64,000 bases of DNA from NCBI RefSeq assembly GCF_009914755.1, contig NC_060928.1; one strand, given 5' to 3'. Position numbers and translations under genes: made by a program. This document shows, piece by piece, positions 14,772 to 28,816 of the stretch. Each line of letters starts with the position of its first letter. Position 1 is the first letter of the stretch. The notes under the pieces are model-generated. The model did not search any database, was not told where the DNA came from, and saw nothing but the letters and a program-made list of their open reading frames with translations. The stretch is from the human T2T-CHM13v2.0 reference genome, Homo sapiens.

Positions 14772-15183
14772 TTATATGCCAGGTTTTCCCCTGAAATACA
14801 TGTGCCATCAAGTCTTCTGTATCTTCTATACTTCTGGTGCCTGCATTCTGAGGGATGAGTGTGGTCCAAGTGGATATCAGTCAAAAACAATTAAACTGAC
14901 AGACACGATAAACATTTTTGCTCAGTAAGTTTGATGAAGGCATGAAATTAGTGACTGAGATAAAGAATAATGGGGAATTATTTACGATAGTAATGAAAGA
15001 TCACTTTGATGGAAAATTACATTTTAGTTGAAATCTAAACATTAGAAAGCAGCTACTCAAAGAGCTGTGTATTTATGTTCCAATAAAAGGAAATAGCATG
15101 TTCAATGTCCTAGCATGAAGAACAACCTGGCATATTTGAGAAAGTGGCCAAAATGATGGGCTTGGCCAATTAAGTTGAGATGG

Positions 15184-15594
15184 TATATTAGGCTGCTCTT
15201 GCATTGCTATAAATAAATACCTGAGACTGGGTAATTTATAAGAAAAGAGGTTAAATGTCTTACAGTTCTGCAGGCTGTACAGGAAGCATAGCTCTAGCAT
15301 CTGCTTCTGGGAGGCCTTAGAGAGCTTACAATCATAGCAGAAGGTGAACTGGGGCAGGCATCTCACACAGTGAGAGTGGGAGAAAGTGGGAGTCAGGTGC
15401 CACACACTTTTACACAACCAGACCTCAAGTGAACTCAGAGTTAAGAGCTCACTTATCACAAGGGGTTGGCCCAAGCCATTCATGAAGACTCTGCCTACAC
15501 GATCCGAACACCTTCCACCAAGCCTAACCTCCAACATTGGGAGATTTCTATCCAACATGAGGTTTGGGTGGGGACAAATATTCTAATTATGTCA
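15184..15594 (-). mobile_element. MSTB-like MaLR solo LTR inserted in an L2 remnant
   Basis: 'gcattgctataaataaatacctgagactgggtaatttataagaaaagagg...tttgggtggggacaaat'. Confidence 0.9.
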
Positions 15595-18500
15595 AATAGG
15601 CACAACATGATAGAGAATAAAGATAGAGAAATAATGAAGGGTCAGGTCACACAGAGCATGTGACATGATGAAACCAAGCAGTTTATATAAACATGTGCTA
15701 CATAAAGTTTCCAAAGTGAGGGGTTGGTGTGACCAAAGAATGTACCAGCCAAGGGCTAGAAACATGGATACTAATCTCAATGCCATCCAGGGTCCATAAT
15801 GTAGGAGGCACTCAACAAATGTCAGTTATTCTTCCTTCTGCTCTACCTCTAGTTCCATACACTGTACTCCACCCCTTATTGCCTTTTAGAGTTAAGACAT
15901 TATATTTTTCTATGGGCATACTTTTTGATGGACGACAGATTGCAACTGTCCTTGTCCTAAGAAATCACAATATTTCTTACAAAAAGAACCTGTCTAACAT
16001 CTAAGTCTAATCAAACTCTTTCTGTTAATTTAATTAAACTAATAAACACTAAATGCCTATTATGTACAAAGGATTTTTGCTGTTTGCTGCAGAAGTTGCA
16101 AGGGGAACAATCACAGTTCTGTCTTCAAAAAACTGACAAAATAAATGCCTCCCCTACCCAAAACTTCTACTTCTAATAAGTATATAAACGTAGTGTATTC
16201 AATAAGAGTTTTTAAATGGCAACTGAATGAATGGTGTAAAATGCAATTCTGAGATGTAGTAAAATAACAAGCCCCTATCAAATATTCCAGAACAGGTCTC
16301 AATGCCTGATAGAACCAAGGTTCCTAATAGGTGTTGGATGAAGAAAGAATACACCCATTCCCCTCACCCCACCCCACCTCACATCTATCATAAGGCCATG
16401 TTAGTATAGGACAAACATGCCAGTAACTTCTGACCATTTAATTTTCAAATTATATGCCTGGGTCAATTTTATTTTTCAAAAATTCTATACAAGACTTTAG
16501 ATGGAGGAATAGCTCTGGCTATTGTATGACAGCTTTATGAAGCTAATAACTATTGATGCCATTTAATTTATCAAGCAACAATTAATCAAAACATACTGAC
16601 TACTAGCACAGTATATTTGATTTCTTCATTGAAACTAATACTTTTGTTTACATATGAAAAACAACAGGATTGCTAGATATTTTAAATACACAGAAAGAAA
16701 ACTGGGATTTTACAATTTCCCAAGGTCTCTATAGCAGACAATTTTGCTCACATAGCTGTAATTTTGCCAACATCAACAACTATAATTTTGCCAACAACAA
16801 TAACATTTTTTAAAGGCTGATTTTGGCACTGCTTGGCTTAGACAAAGTAAGTATTCTATGGCATTTACACATTGTAAAACAGACATATTTCTTAGGGACA
16901 TAAAGCTGGGCTTCAAGATGTCATTTCCTATTTGTTGGTAAAGAAATCAACACTATAATTAATTAGATTTGGTAGCAGCATTAGCTGGCTCACCTGCCCC
17001 CACAAAGCTGATTCCAAGACTTTATCTCCTAGTCAAAAGCTTATTGCACAAATTGATGTTCTTGTTCATTATCCGCTTTCAGCTGAGCAGAGATAGTTGT
17101 AGAAGTCCTTAACCTTCAACCAATGTGCATTTCAGTATGCTGGCTATACTCTTTGTGGGTTGATAGAATGAAAAAATCTATGCCCTTCATTTTGAAACCC
17201 TTAAGCGATCTCAGTGCTATTTTAAATGTTTTATCTTCGCCTCTCACAACAGTCATGTGGGTTAGACAGAACAAAGAAACATTTGCCATTTCACAGATGA
17301 GAATGAAGGTCTGAGTGACCCAGTACCTTGTAACTTCAGTAATCTCTGGAGATTGCTCCAGAGGGTTTACAGAATGAATTTTGAGAGTCCCTAATTTCAC
17401 ACCCTTTACTCTTGGCAGTATCAATCTTTTATTCTCCCCAACTGCACAGCTTCATGCTGAGACTTGCTTTTATTCCTTCTGAGGGAGGACCTCTCTGCCA
17501 TCACTTAATTATAAATCCTGCATGTGACTCCCTTTCAAAAGTCTGGCAAACTGTAGTCATTTTAAAATCCAGCAGCAGACATTAACTTAGAAACCTTCAT
17601 GAGTGATGGGAAAGGAAACTATTAAAATGAGAAAATAGAGATAAAATTTAAAGTACAAAATGGTCTTTTTATCAGCTCACTCCAGAAAAAAAAAAAAAAA
17701 AAAGAACTTCTGTTGTTATAAAAAAAAAAAAAAAGAAGAGGAGATCTACTGTTGGTGCAGAAGATTATGGGAACAAGGAAATTCACAAAAAGAAAGGGTA
17801 GAATTGCTGGGATAGTTGGCTATGAATTTCACTAAATTAGAGACAGAAAATCCTCTTTCACTTTTGCAAAAGGTGATACCACTGAAATATCTTTGTAAGA
17901 TGTTTACATTTTCATTTTTTTAACTTTTCCATTTGATAAAGTGTCATAAATGGTATCAAATTATTGGGAAAATAAGGAAGAAAGTAATTACCCATATTCT
18001 CCTCACCCAAAGATAGTTACTTTGACGTCCATTTTTCTTTATGTATGAAAATATACATCTTTTAACACTCTTTAAAATGGTCATGAAATATTTGTATACG
18101 TCATAATTCAGAAAGTTCAGTTAAATAATGAAATACATTATTTATCCTGTTCTACACAGATTAACTTACTTACAACAGACTCAATATTTTATCCTTGGTG
18201 AAAAGAAATGGTGTTTACTATGCAGTGGGTGGGAAAATGAGTACCAACTGGCATTCCATTAGGATGGATGTTGGGTGGTATGCCCAATGGGGCTGGGAGG
18301 AAGTTAAATAATTTGAGGTGCTTATCATGAACCAAAAATTGGGCTAAGATAAATGTTTGAGAAGATATGCTTGCATGCATAATTTTACATACTGCTGGAA
18401 AGATATCTACTGTTAACCTTCTTTAGTCCCTTTCAATCATACCTTGAATGATGCATATTATTGATAAATATCTTCTTTATGAAAATATCCCAGTTGATAA

Positions 18501-19079
18501 AAGTGAGGTTCCTGCTGATGCCCAATGAATTTGATTCAAGGAAGCCAGAGACACTCTTTTAGGATATGATTTTCTACTAAAACAAACCTAATAAAAAGCA
18601 CACCAGTAAAGCGCCTCACCACTGATCATTGCTCTTGTGCCTGATTCTCCACCTCTGCAGTTCTATCTTCAAACAAAGCAAGGCTGTACCTGCAGGCCCT
18701 TCCTCAAAAATTTGTTTGAGTCTTTCCAAAGGCTGGGACCTTCTGGGGTAGACAGTAGCATGCCTCCCTTGAATCTAAACTCCCATGTGGGGTTTCTTCT
18801 CTCAGGAGAGCTCTCTGACCCTTTACCTTTTCCATGTGTCTGGCTAATACACGTGTAGGAGCTCCAGTACTTGCGCCTTTGAGATCGGCCTGGCCCAGAG
18901 GTGGGGGCCCTGGTTCTAGGAGGTGGCTTGTTAAAGGTTGTTCTCAGTAACAATCAAATCAATATTTTTCCCATGGAATCCCAAGTCCATCACAATAGGG
19001 CTGATGAGCTAGTCATCTCCCCCAAATATGCATAAAAATAAATCCCAAAGAATACAACAAAACATAAAAATCACACACA

Positions 19080-19880
19080 AAATGTCTAGAAGATTAAGTA
19101 AATTACTAATTGTCAAATCTTGGATCTAATCAGGAGTTAAGAATAAATGTAAAAAAAATTATGCTTTATACCTCTAATATGCACCATCAAAATACATTTT
19201 TAAAAAGAAATAAACAGAGAAATGTTCTAAAATGTTAAGTTCAAAAGAACTAAAGTGAATGTGTTTTGCAAGAGCTATAATGAGTAAAATTCAAAGGCAA
19301 AAAATAGCAAATAAGTGTGCAACAGCTGCATTAAAGACATAATATTCTTAATAAATAGCTCTTTAGATAAGTTGTTCAGTGGGAAAAATAAACAGGAAAT
19401 ACTAATGGTAAGGTTCACAGATACTTCATGAAATAGGAAATAATGGTTATAATAATATTCAGCACTGTGCAATCATTTAAAGATGTCAAGTCAAAAATCA
19501 TATAAATTTGACTCTCAAGTTTAAATTATTAGAGAAATTGTGATAACTCAGTGCTGGAAAGTATGTACAGTACAGTAGTCACAGAGATGAATAGATACAC
19601 ATGGGGGAAAATTGTATGTCTGAAGAGATTCATACCAATATTTTTTATAAAGCAAAAACATAGAAGTAATCTAAATGTTGAAAAACATGACAAGTAAATT
19701 AGAGTATCTTTACAGGTTATATTATACAGCCATTAAAAATGATGTTTACAAATATGTGCCAAAGTTGTGTGATAATAATTTTTATGCAATGTTAGGTGAT
19801 ACACACAGGATCTAGCTGAAAAAGCATGCATAAAAGAGCTCAGACAGAAACGTTCCAAAATACATTTTTAAATGGATATT
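19080..19880 (+). mobile_element. Diverged L1ME-like fragments
   Basis: 'aaagcaaaaacatagaagtaatctaaatgt...tattatacagccattaaaaatgatg'. Confidence 0.5.
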
Positions 19881-19892
19881 TTTACGTTTTGC

Positions 19893-20068
19893 ATTCTTAA
19901 ACTTGGGTGCAGCTAAGGAGGTTGTCTGAATGTAGATTTCTGGTCTAGAGGCCTAAAATCTCTGATTCGGTGAATCTGGAGAGGGGCTCAGGAACAATCT
20001 ACATTTTTAAACAAGTCTCTCAGGGGCTTCAGATGCAGGTGATCTGGAGCCCACTCTTGGGAAGCTGA
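19893..20068 (-). mobile_element. MER5-family DNA transposon
   Basis: 'ttcttaaacttgggtgca...ctgattc...catttttaaacaag...gatgcaggtgatctggagcccactctt'. Confidence 0.7.
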
Positions 20069-21939
20069 TCTAGTTAGTAGGATTATAGACGCAAATATAT
20101 ATAAAAACATACATAAATATATATATGTACAACCTGCATAATCAGAAAGTCATACAATATATAAAATATATGCTGTATACATCATGTCTGTAAAATATAT
20201 ACATAATATATCTATATTCCTGATTATACTTGTTTTTATTTTTAATTACATTTTCGATATATGAGTAATTTTTAGGATTTGCTTCTTTTTCTTTTGATTT
20301 TCGAAAGAATTTGTAGGACACAATAGTCACTAAAAATAATTCTTTGTTTCCTCATTCTATTTTATTCCCCAAGTTTTCTTTTTAAATGAGAAAGAAAATT
20401 TTATTTTGCTTATTTCAAATCTGTGCCCTCAGTAGAAACAAAATGCAATCTGAGTGGCAGATTCTGGTTCTGCTGTCTTCGTACTAAACTGATAAGAAAA
20501 TGGAATGGGACTGACATTTGTAAAGTAGCCTGAAAATTTCATTCCACAAAAACCAAGGCTGTGACTTGGAAGAATATGAATGAAGAGTGTAAAGTTAAGA
20601 GCCCTTAAGGACATAGAATGATTGCATTTCAGCTCCATGGGTAATCTACAGCATGACTCCAGGGGCATTAGCTTTGAATAGAGAAAAGAGGAGCTTTGCC
20701 ACGAGAAAAGCAGCAGGAAGATTGGTGGGGTGGCGGAACCTTGAACACAGACAAAAAGTACCTGCTGACCCCAATTCCACTGAGAAAGAAAAGGATCAAG
20801 ATGATTTAAGGGAGGAGCAGGGCAACTCCAAGATGGGCTCAAATACCACAGTTAAACTACTTTCTTCTGTTCCACAGACCAACCATGCAGTCAGCAGACC
20901 CGCAGGGTGATACAACTGAAAGGACCTGAGATTCGCAAACCTAAATGAAATTATTTGTCTTGCTGTTTACCAGTTGTCCTAACTTGGGCAGGCAACTTAC
21001 ACTCTATGGGTCTTGATTTTCTCATCTGTAAAAGGATTGAGTGGAGACTGCAACCTCTTAGGTGTGGAATTGCCTAACTCAGTATTTGGTCCAATCCTAT
21101 GTTCAACAAATGCTTTCTTTTCATCCTGTGAAAGATTTTATTTCTTTTCATCCTGTGAAAGGTTTTCCTTTGTTCAAGGCATGAAAACTGTGTTAAACTG
21201 CCATCACAAGTCGAGTACTCTGCTATTTATTGCAAATGGAAGTACACATACACCTATACAAACACATTTCTGTAATTGATGTGATCATTTTCCTTAAGGA
21301 AGTAACAATTATGACTATAGTGGAAGACAGAAAAATAATAGATGATAGCTAAGACATAGGTGTCCACAAGTAGCAACCATAGCACTTGCAAAGTGGAAGA
21401 CATGTAATTCTGAAAGAGAAAGAATGAGATTGGAGACATGTTTCAAGAGGAAAGCTACATGTGAGCTGTGTTGTAATGTGAACAGGGACTGGAGAGAAGA
21501 AAATGTAATTCCTTCCAGGTTCATCACCTATTGACCGAATTGTTCCTATACTTCATGAACCCTGCTGTGTCTCTTACAGGGATCGTTCCATAATACTTCC
21601 AGTCCGTCTTCTGGCTGCCTTCCTAGCTGACCTGACTGTTATACTATGCAGTTCTCTCATTGCCACCCTGGATTATGCAATGACTTGGATTCATAGATGT
21701 CTTCAGTTAGCTATACAATATTAAATATGTGTTAGGTGGACCTCTGTCACATATTCTCTGGTTAGAGTGGGTTTGGCTCAGTTGTCTTTTGATATATTCA
21801 CTCTCTTCTCTATGATTGGCACAGTGTGGGTTGGCAACATCTAGAATTTTCACACTGGTAGAGATATTTGTGAGGATTCTGTCTGATTTCCCAGTCATAC
21901 CTGGGTTCAACACATGAAGGAAAATGAAGAAATGGTAAG

Positions 21940-22100
21940 ATGCAGTTAGGCCCAGATTTTAATTTCATGTCTTCCATTTACATGCTGTATGACCTTGGGC
22001 AAATTCATCAGCTTCTCTTAGCACTAATGGAGATTATAAATATGTAGGATCTAGTACTGTGTCTGATACCTGAAAGGCATCTACTGAATGCTGCTATTCT
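21940..22100 (+). mobile_element. MIR
   Basis: 'gctgtatgaccttgggcaaattcatcagcttctct'. Confidence 0.6.
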
Positions 22101-22539
22101 CTCACACTCCCCTAGGTATTTCAGAGTTCATTATACAGCCTTTTATCGAATTGTCCTGTGTTAGGGAGACTACCCTAAGATAAGGCAGCACTTTTTAATA
22201 ATCTGGTCTTTTTTTCAAAGAGGAGGGTTCATTCTTATTTAAGAAATAATCAATTTCTTTTATATAATCAAAGTTAGCCTTCGTTTATCTTCCTTTCACC
22301 TGGTTCCATGATTGTCTTCTGTACTTATAAATGTGTCTTCAATTGTCATTAGGAGTTTGGTGCAGGTCTGTGATAAAACTGTCATTAGTCATTAAAAGAA
22401 TGGAAATAAAAATTATTTATTTTCTAATAAATAAAAGCATGTTCAATTAAAAAGGCTTTCTTTTATTCCAAGGTTATGTAATTGTTATCCATTCATATTA
22501 AAATGACTTATAATTTATAACATAATGCCAGATTATCAG

Positions 22540-22620
22540 ATATATATGTGTATATATATTTTTATATATGTATATATATGTTTATATATATGCACACACA
22601 TATATATGACTATATATGTA
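22540..22620. repeat. (TA)-rich imperfect microsatellite
   Basis: Seen directly. Confidence 0.85.
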
Positions 22621-23187
22621 ATTGCTTGGCAAAAGTTAATGCTGGCAACAATTTTCCAGTCTCCCATTTCATTTCTCATTAATGATTCACAAATTCCAAA
22701 ACCCAGGAGCCACTTAAGTTAAACAGTTTAAGGATATCATACTTCTCTTTATCTGCTTTTCAAATTCAATTTGAAAAAAAAAAATGTCATTAGGTCATTT
22801 CCCCTTAGTCTTTCCTCCAGGGCAGAGATGCCCCGTATTTTCATTAGCAACTTTGGTGACATGGTTTCAAGTTCTGTACCACAGCTGCTACTCTCTTTGA
22901 CTTGTATTTCTAGCTTCCCACCTTTGCTTCCTTTATGCTTTTCCTTTGCCAGACTGTGATAATCGGGGTTCCTACTAGAAGGCTGATCCTTCTCTCCTCT
23001 TGTCTCTTGTTCAAGCTGGAGGTTCATGATTTGCCCATAATATCCTTCCCTGACTCATCCTGGCCAAAGTTTTACTCAGATTATAATAATAAGAGAAATA
23101 CCATTTTCCTGTTTTCTTTCTCATATTTTGATTTTACTGCTTGTCTTCAATTATTTGTCCTTGAATGTCCTTATAGATTGACATCTA

Positions 23188-23399
23188 AAGGGGTCAGTAA
23201 ACTTTTCCTTTAAAGGGTCAGAGGTTAAATATTGTTGGCTTTGCAGGCCTAGGGTCTCTCTCAGGACTACTAAATTGTGCTGTTGTTGCATGAAAGCAGC
23301 GATGATTTATAAATGATTGGGCATGACTGCATTTGAATAAAACTTTATTTACAAAAGCAGATTGCAGCTGGATTTGGTCGAGGGTTTGCTGACATTTCT
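23188..23399 (-). mobile_element. MER58A DNA transposon
   Basis: 'ggggtcagtaaacttttc...aataaaactttatttacaaaagcag...tttgctgac'. Confidence 0.85.
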
Positions 23400-23468
23400 A
23401 CTGGTGACACTTTTACTCTCATACCACTCAGTTCTCCTAATCCTCCCTACAGGGTAATTGGTAGGTTT

Positions 23469-23615
23469 TAAAATGGGGTCTTGCTCTGTTGCCCAGGCTG
23501 GAGTGTGGTGACGTGATCACAGATAACTGCAGACTTGAACTCTTGGGCTCAAAAAATCCTTCCATCTCAGCCTTCTGAGTAGCTGGGTCTACAGGTGGCA
23601 CCACTGCACCAAGCT
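23469..23615 (-). mobile_element. Free right Alu monomer (FRAM-like)
   Basis: Single Alu right arm flanked by an exact 12-bp repeat attggtaggttt (23457-23468 and 23619-23630). Confidence 0.85.
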
Positions 23616-24059
23616 AGGATTGGTAGGTTTAGAAGAGATAAGTCTTCTCTTTTATGTAACTCTTCTTCTCTCTTACCTCCCTTTCTCTCTTTCTCTCCCT
23701 CTTTCTCTTTCTCTCTCTCTCTCTCCCCCGCCCCAACACCCATATTCTGTTCTGCTCTTTATTAGGTGAGGATACTGCTATGACAGAAACCTGTGATTTT
23801 CCAGCAGTACTTGTAATTAGGGCGAATTAACTGCCAGGTATATATTTTAGAAATATTTGTTACCCTAGTGTAACCTAGACTATTTTGATTGATGTATGGG
23901 ATAGAGGATGAGGAATTACTTCATATAGTCATGTCTAAAAATGTCCTTCATCTCATCATTTTATCTGTAGAACAGCTGTTATTTGGATTTCCATGAGTCT
24001 GACTCCTGTGACATTTCAACTGGTTTCAAACCTGAGTAGATGTGTTTCCCTCCCAAAGG

Positions 24060-24432
24060 CAGGATAGACCTGCACTCAAAGTTTGGTTTGAATGTTGAGA
24101 CTGATGATGTGACACACACCAGAAGAGTTATGAAAATGTTTATTATTTACTTTTTTGAGGTCCTGGGAAGGGCTGGGCAAGCCTCTCAAATCTTGTTATG
24201 CCTTGAGAGAAACAGAAAAGGAGACTGACTCTGGGTTTTACTGTGATTTCAGGGTGGGGCTAGGGTGAGGGTCCTTACATGTAGGCAAAAGCTTGCATGG
24301 GTTTTAATCTTTCATGGGCACCAAATAAGGTACCACCTAGGCTTTAATCTCAGCTAGCCCAGATATGAGGGACAGGGGAAAAGAGGGAGTTAGATGTAAA
24401 AGTTGTCATCAAAAAATAGTCAGACTATTATA
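24060..24432 (-). mobile_element. LTR47-like ERVL solo LTR
   Basis: 'tgttgagactgatgatgtgacacacacc...ggtggggctagggtgagggt...gcccagat...gtcagact'. Confidence 0.65.
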
Positions 24433-27400
24433 GTTGAAAAGAGAGGTTTTATTTAATTAAGAATCATATCTCTAGTTACTTACAATGAACAATACATATA
24501 TAAGGATTTTTTTTCTTAATTTCTCCGTGAACTCCTGGATAGCAAATGTCTTATCTCATCAATGTGTCTATACTGATAGTTGCAATAACTTAGTAAATGT
24601 CCTTATGCATAATTATAATTAAATGATTCCTTTATCTAAATGATGCAACCTAATTATCTAATGCATTTAGAGAAAAATGCCCATGTAGACTTGTAAGGGT
24701 TTTGTTGTTGTTATTGTTGGATTAATAGAATGCTGAGAATTCTGTGGACCTTTTTAGTGCTAATAGTCCTAATTGTATCTAAGTTTTATTGGATTTCTCT
24801 GTGATGAAGTCAAAGTTTCCTCCAAAACCAGAATTAAAGAGGGGCTATCAAAAGCACAACCACATTGCTTGAGTTATCACATTAATGCCTCAAAGTATCT
24901 AAAGGGGAAAATACCGCACATTGTACATGAATAAGAAGCAACGTCTGTGTGGAAAGAAATTCTATCTTAATATTATATTACAGAGTAATCTCTGGAAAAG
25001 TACTCGAATGAAACCTCATACCTCTCACCATGTAATGATTGTGCCCTTTCCCAATACCAAATAAGACATATACATTTTGAAGTCCAGTGTTTAGGAATAA
25101 ATGACAGAGTTGCTGACACTTTTCCACATAAATATTAAAGTAGGAAAATTGACTTGCAAACCCCTTGTTCAAAATCATTTGTTTCGCAATCTTATTTATT
25201 ATTATTATTATTTGTGTGTGTGTATGTGTGTATGAATGGATTATGGAATAATGTATTCTTTGGTATCCTAAGCAAGGCAAAAGAAAGCCATATATTCATT
25301 GAAAGCAAAAAGTTTGTTTCCATTACGGTAAGATTTGTAAAAATGGCTGGGAATACTCCATCCTCTTGATGAAATTGTTGAATGAAATGGTTTATTTATA
25401 GACCTGGTAGGGATTACAAGAAAGACCTTTGTGTATTATCTTCCTCTTTCACCGCTAATTGATGACATTTCTGAGTTCCAGGACCTGTGAAGAATTCTAC
25501 CTTCAGACAACTGCTCAACTGGATTGAATCTGGGAGAAGAAGATGGGGGCATTATTTCTTGACAGCCACCTAGATTCCAACAGCATCATGCAACAAATGG
25601 TACTAAGACCTTCAGAACCCTTGAAGAGCTAATCAGCACTTATGCATGAAGGCAATGTTCTAAACCTTAGTGGTCAGGAAATGTTTGAGATTTGAAACAG
25701 TTGTTTGAAGTTGAGGCAGAAAGTAATAAAGAATACTAAAATTATCAAAGAAACACCAAACACAAATCAATAGCATCCAAATGAGCTTTACCTTTATAGC
25801 TGGTACTCTTTCTGTCCTCTTTTCTGCTTCCTAAGAGATGTTTTTTGGTGATTTGGTCCTCCTAAGTGCATGCACATTGGACAGGATAGTATGAGTATGA
25901 TTAGAGTGTAAGCATGACTAGAAGCACAAGTTAATTTATGAGTGATTGAATAAAAGTAATTTTGTGAAAAATAAGAACAAGTTCTTTTGGTTTATATTTT
26001 GGCATGCTTTCTTTCACCATTTTAAAGAGATCTTTCCAAGATGAAATACATTGCAGAAATACATATCTGTCACCTATTTAGAAAATGACATTCATTTGAA
26101 AATGAGCCACTGTGAATTAGATACAAAGAGAGGTCAAAGTTAATAAACAGAGGCATTTATGTGAATAGAAATGTGCTAATGTTTATTATTATGGCATTAG
26201 TTCACATTAGAGATGTATTAAAAATAATATCTAGGATCATAGGCTAGAATACATCCTTAAAGGTCATTTTGGACAACCCCTTAATTTAATAAAAAAGAGA
26301 GGAACAAACTTCAGAATGAATGGCTGAGATTATTTCTCAAGATCACACAACTACTTGGTAGATACATCAAATTTTAAACACAAGACTCCTGGTTTCTAAC
26401 CTAACTCTATTTCCACAAACTTAACATAATGCAGTTAAAAACTTTAACTCATATTTCAAATTTGTTGTTCTTACAAATGTGGATTGTTTTGTTTATTTTA
26501 CCTCTCCACTTTTTTTCATTCCAAGCTGCTCACCTGCATCTTGGAGGGGTTAAAAATAATTATTCAATATATTATTAAGTACAAGGCAATTGGATCATGT
26601 GAACATGTCCTATATATTTTATGTTCATACTCTTAGAAAATGTGTAGCCTCTCAAAGAGTTACTCTCTCCCCATGATTTTGCATGCAGCTACCTGTCCCT
26701 GTTGGCTTTGCTTGCATTTACACTACAGTCTATTCTGCAAGAGTGCAAGAGTGTAGATGTAATTATCTGGTATTTCACCCATGCAGCCTTCTCCTTTCCT
26801 AGCTTCTGCTATGGGCACATCTCATCCTATTATAGCTTGATTCAAAGCAGAGCTGCAGGTGTGAGCTAAGTGTCCATCCTTTGCACTGCTTGACCATGCT
26901 TCATAGCTGAGTTAACCTTGATGTGATGGTGCCCTGAGTTGTTATAAATTCTTGCCTTTTCCTCCAATCTTACATAAAAAAAGCTCTGGCTATGCCTATG
27001 ATGGGTTTGATAAGAGTGTCTAATTTTGGACTTCAATCTTAGCAGGCCTAATTGCCTAGAAATATAAAGATATATTTTCATTCTAGCCTTTGGTAGCAGT
27101 AAAGGCATATACCTTCCTCTCTCTGTTGAATCATTTACCTTATTTCTCAGTTTATTCATAACCCTGATAGAAAAGATGGGTGCTCTTTATTTGTGAACCC
27201 TCAATTCAAACAAAATATCAGCGGCTTTCTTAGGCATTTGATCCATATTTCCATATTCTGACAACGTATTCCTCTTCCTCTTAAAGTATAGCACTATTTC
27301 TTTTAAGCTACCTCACTTTGAAAAGGTTTGCTAATTCAATAGGAAAAATAATACTCAATGTACTTACAAGTTCTATATTACTTGTCAATATTTTATCACA

Positions 27401-28262
27401 ATTTGAATTCTAAAGACACTTTTTGTAATATAAGGAAAATGCCAGATATGTGATACAGTAAAAAGTCATGTTAACTGTCGTATATTTAAAAGAGAGGCTC
27501 CACAAATATTGAACTGCATTATATGAAACTCATACATAGTTTTGTATTGCCTGCATTTAGATTTCTTCCTTCACATAGGCATACTTTGTAAATAATTCAT
27601 AAGTCATATTCACAATCTGACAATTAAACCTGCAATAACTAAACCACAGTAATATTGGTAGTAAGTGGCTTATTGGTAACGGATTATTGTAGAAGAATTC
27701 AGGATATGTAAAATGCATATACTAAACTTCCTGATCAAAAGGGAAATCAGGGCAAAATGAGTATAAGATCATGTCTTTTGGGATTTTCCAGTCTAAAGTA
27801 TAAAGACCAACAAACAGTTAGTCTCCAGGAAAATCACATTTCAGTTGCTAAACTCCACAGATAGGTTTATACCTCTTATTCATTAGTCACAATATGTTGA
27901 ACATTTTCTCAGAGCAGGGCTTATAAAACCAATTCTCATAATTTGAGAATTATAGGGAAATTCTCCAATTTTAGACAGAGAGATGAAAAGAGACCAATCT
28001 ATAATAACCATAAAATAAAATTCAAAAATTAATTGTTTCAAAACCGAACTCACATAAAGCACAGCCACAGAACATCAGAGACTGTTGGCTTTTACCTCCC
28101 TATTTTGTTTACCTGGTTCCAAAATAATCTGAGTAAATTTTACATCTCATATGTGAAAACATTACTCATCCATTTATAATTTCTGGCTAGTAGATCTCAC
28201 ATTCAGTGATAAAGAGAAGTTTGGAAATCAAGACAGGATAAGAAAAGGTATCTTGGACAGTC

Positions 28263-28735
28263 TGTGACAGTCTAATCGATTGCTTACAGTTGGCTGCAAT
28301 CATTTCCCTTCCCATATTCCTGTCCTTTCACAAAGGGAAATCTATTTCCATACTCCTAAATCCCAAGTCAATCTTGCCACTTGCTTTGGCAAGAGAATGC
28401 AATATGCCAGCTTTGAATCTTGCTTCTAGGAATGTGCACTACTTTCTTTCCTCTTTCTCTTTGATGCATGTCACTACCATGTGAGAAATTTGAGTCTAGT
28501 GAGCTAAAGAATGCAAGGTCAGTGGAGCAGAGATAAGTCATCCCCCACCAGCAATGCTCTAGCAAAACTGGTAACTATTCACAGTTACATAAGTGAATCC
28601 AACAGAGGTGAGATGGACCACCCAGTCATGCCCAGTCCAAATTGCCAATGTGAAGAATCATAAGCCCAATAAGTGGTTATTTTGTTCAACTGTAACTTTT
28701 GAGGGAGTTTGTTATGTAGCAAAAACTAACATACA
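28263..28735 (+). mobile_element. MLT1G/H-like MaLR LTR
   Basis: 'cttgctttggcaagagaatg...cccagtccaaattgcc...gtttgttatgtagcaaaaactaacataca'. Confidence 0.7.
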
Positions 28736-28816
28736 CTCGGTCTTTTTCATCACTAATTTTGTAAAAAGTTACTGTTTGCCATGGATCATTGATCACCTTT
28801 CTGATTCATGAGGCTC

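Noticed and set aside
15073-15558. 161-aa minus-strand ORF
   Set aside because: Lies mostly within an MST LTR; no recognisable domain.
25480-25610. Exon-like purine-rich stretch
   Set aside because: The frames I checked contain stops, the splice signals are weak and no protein similarity is recognisable.
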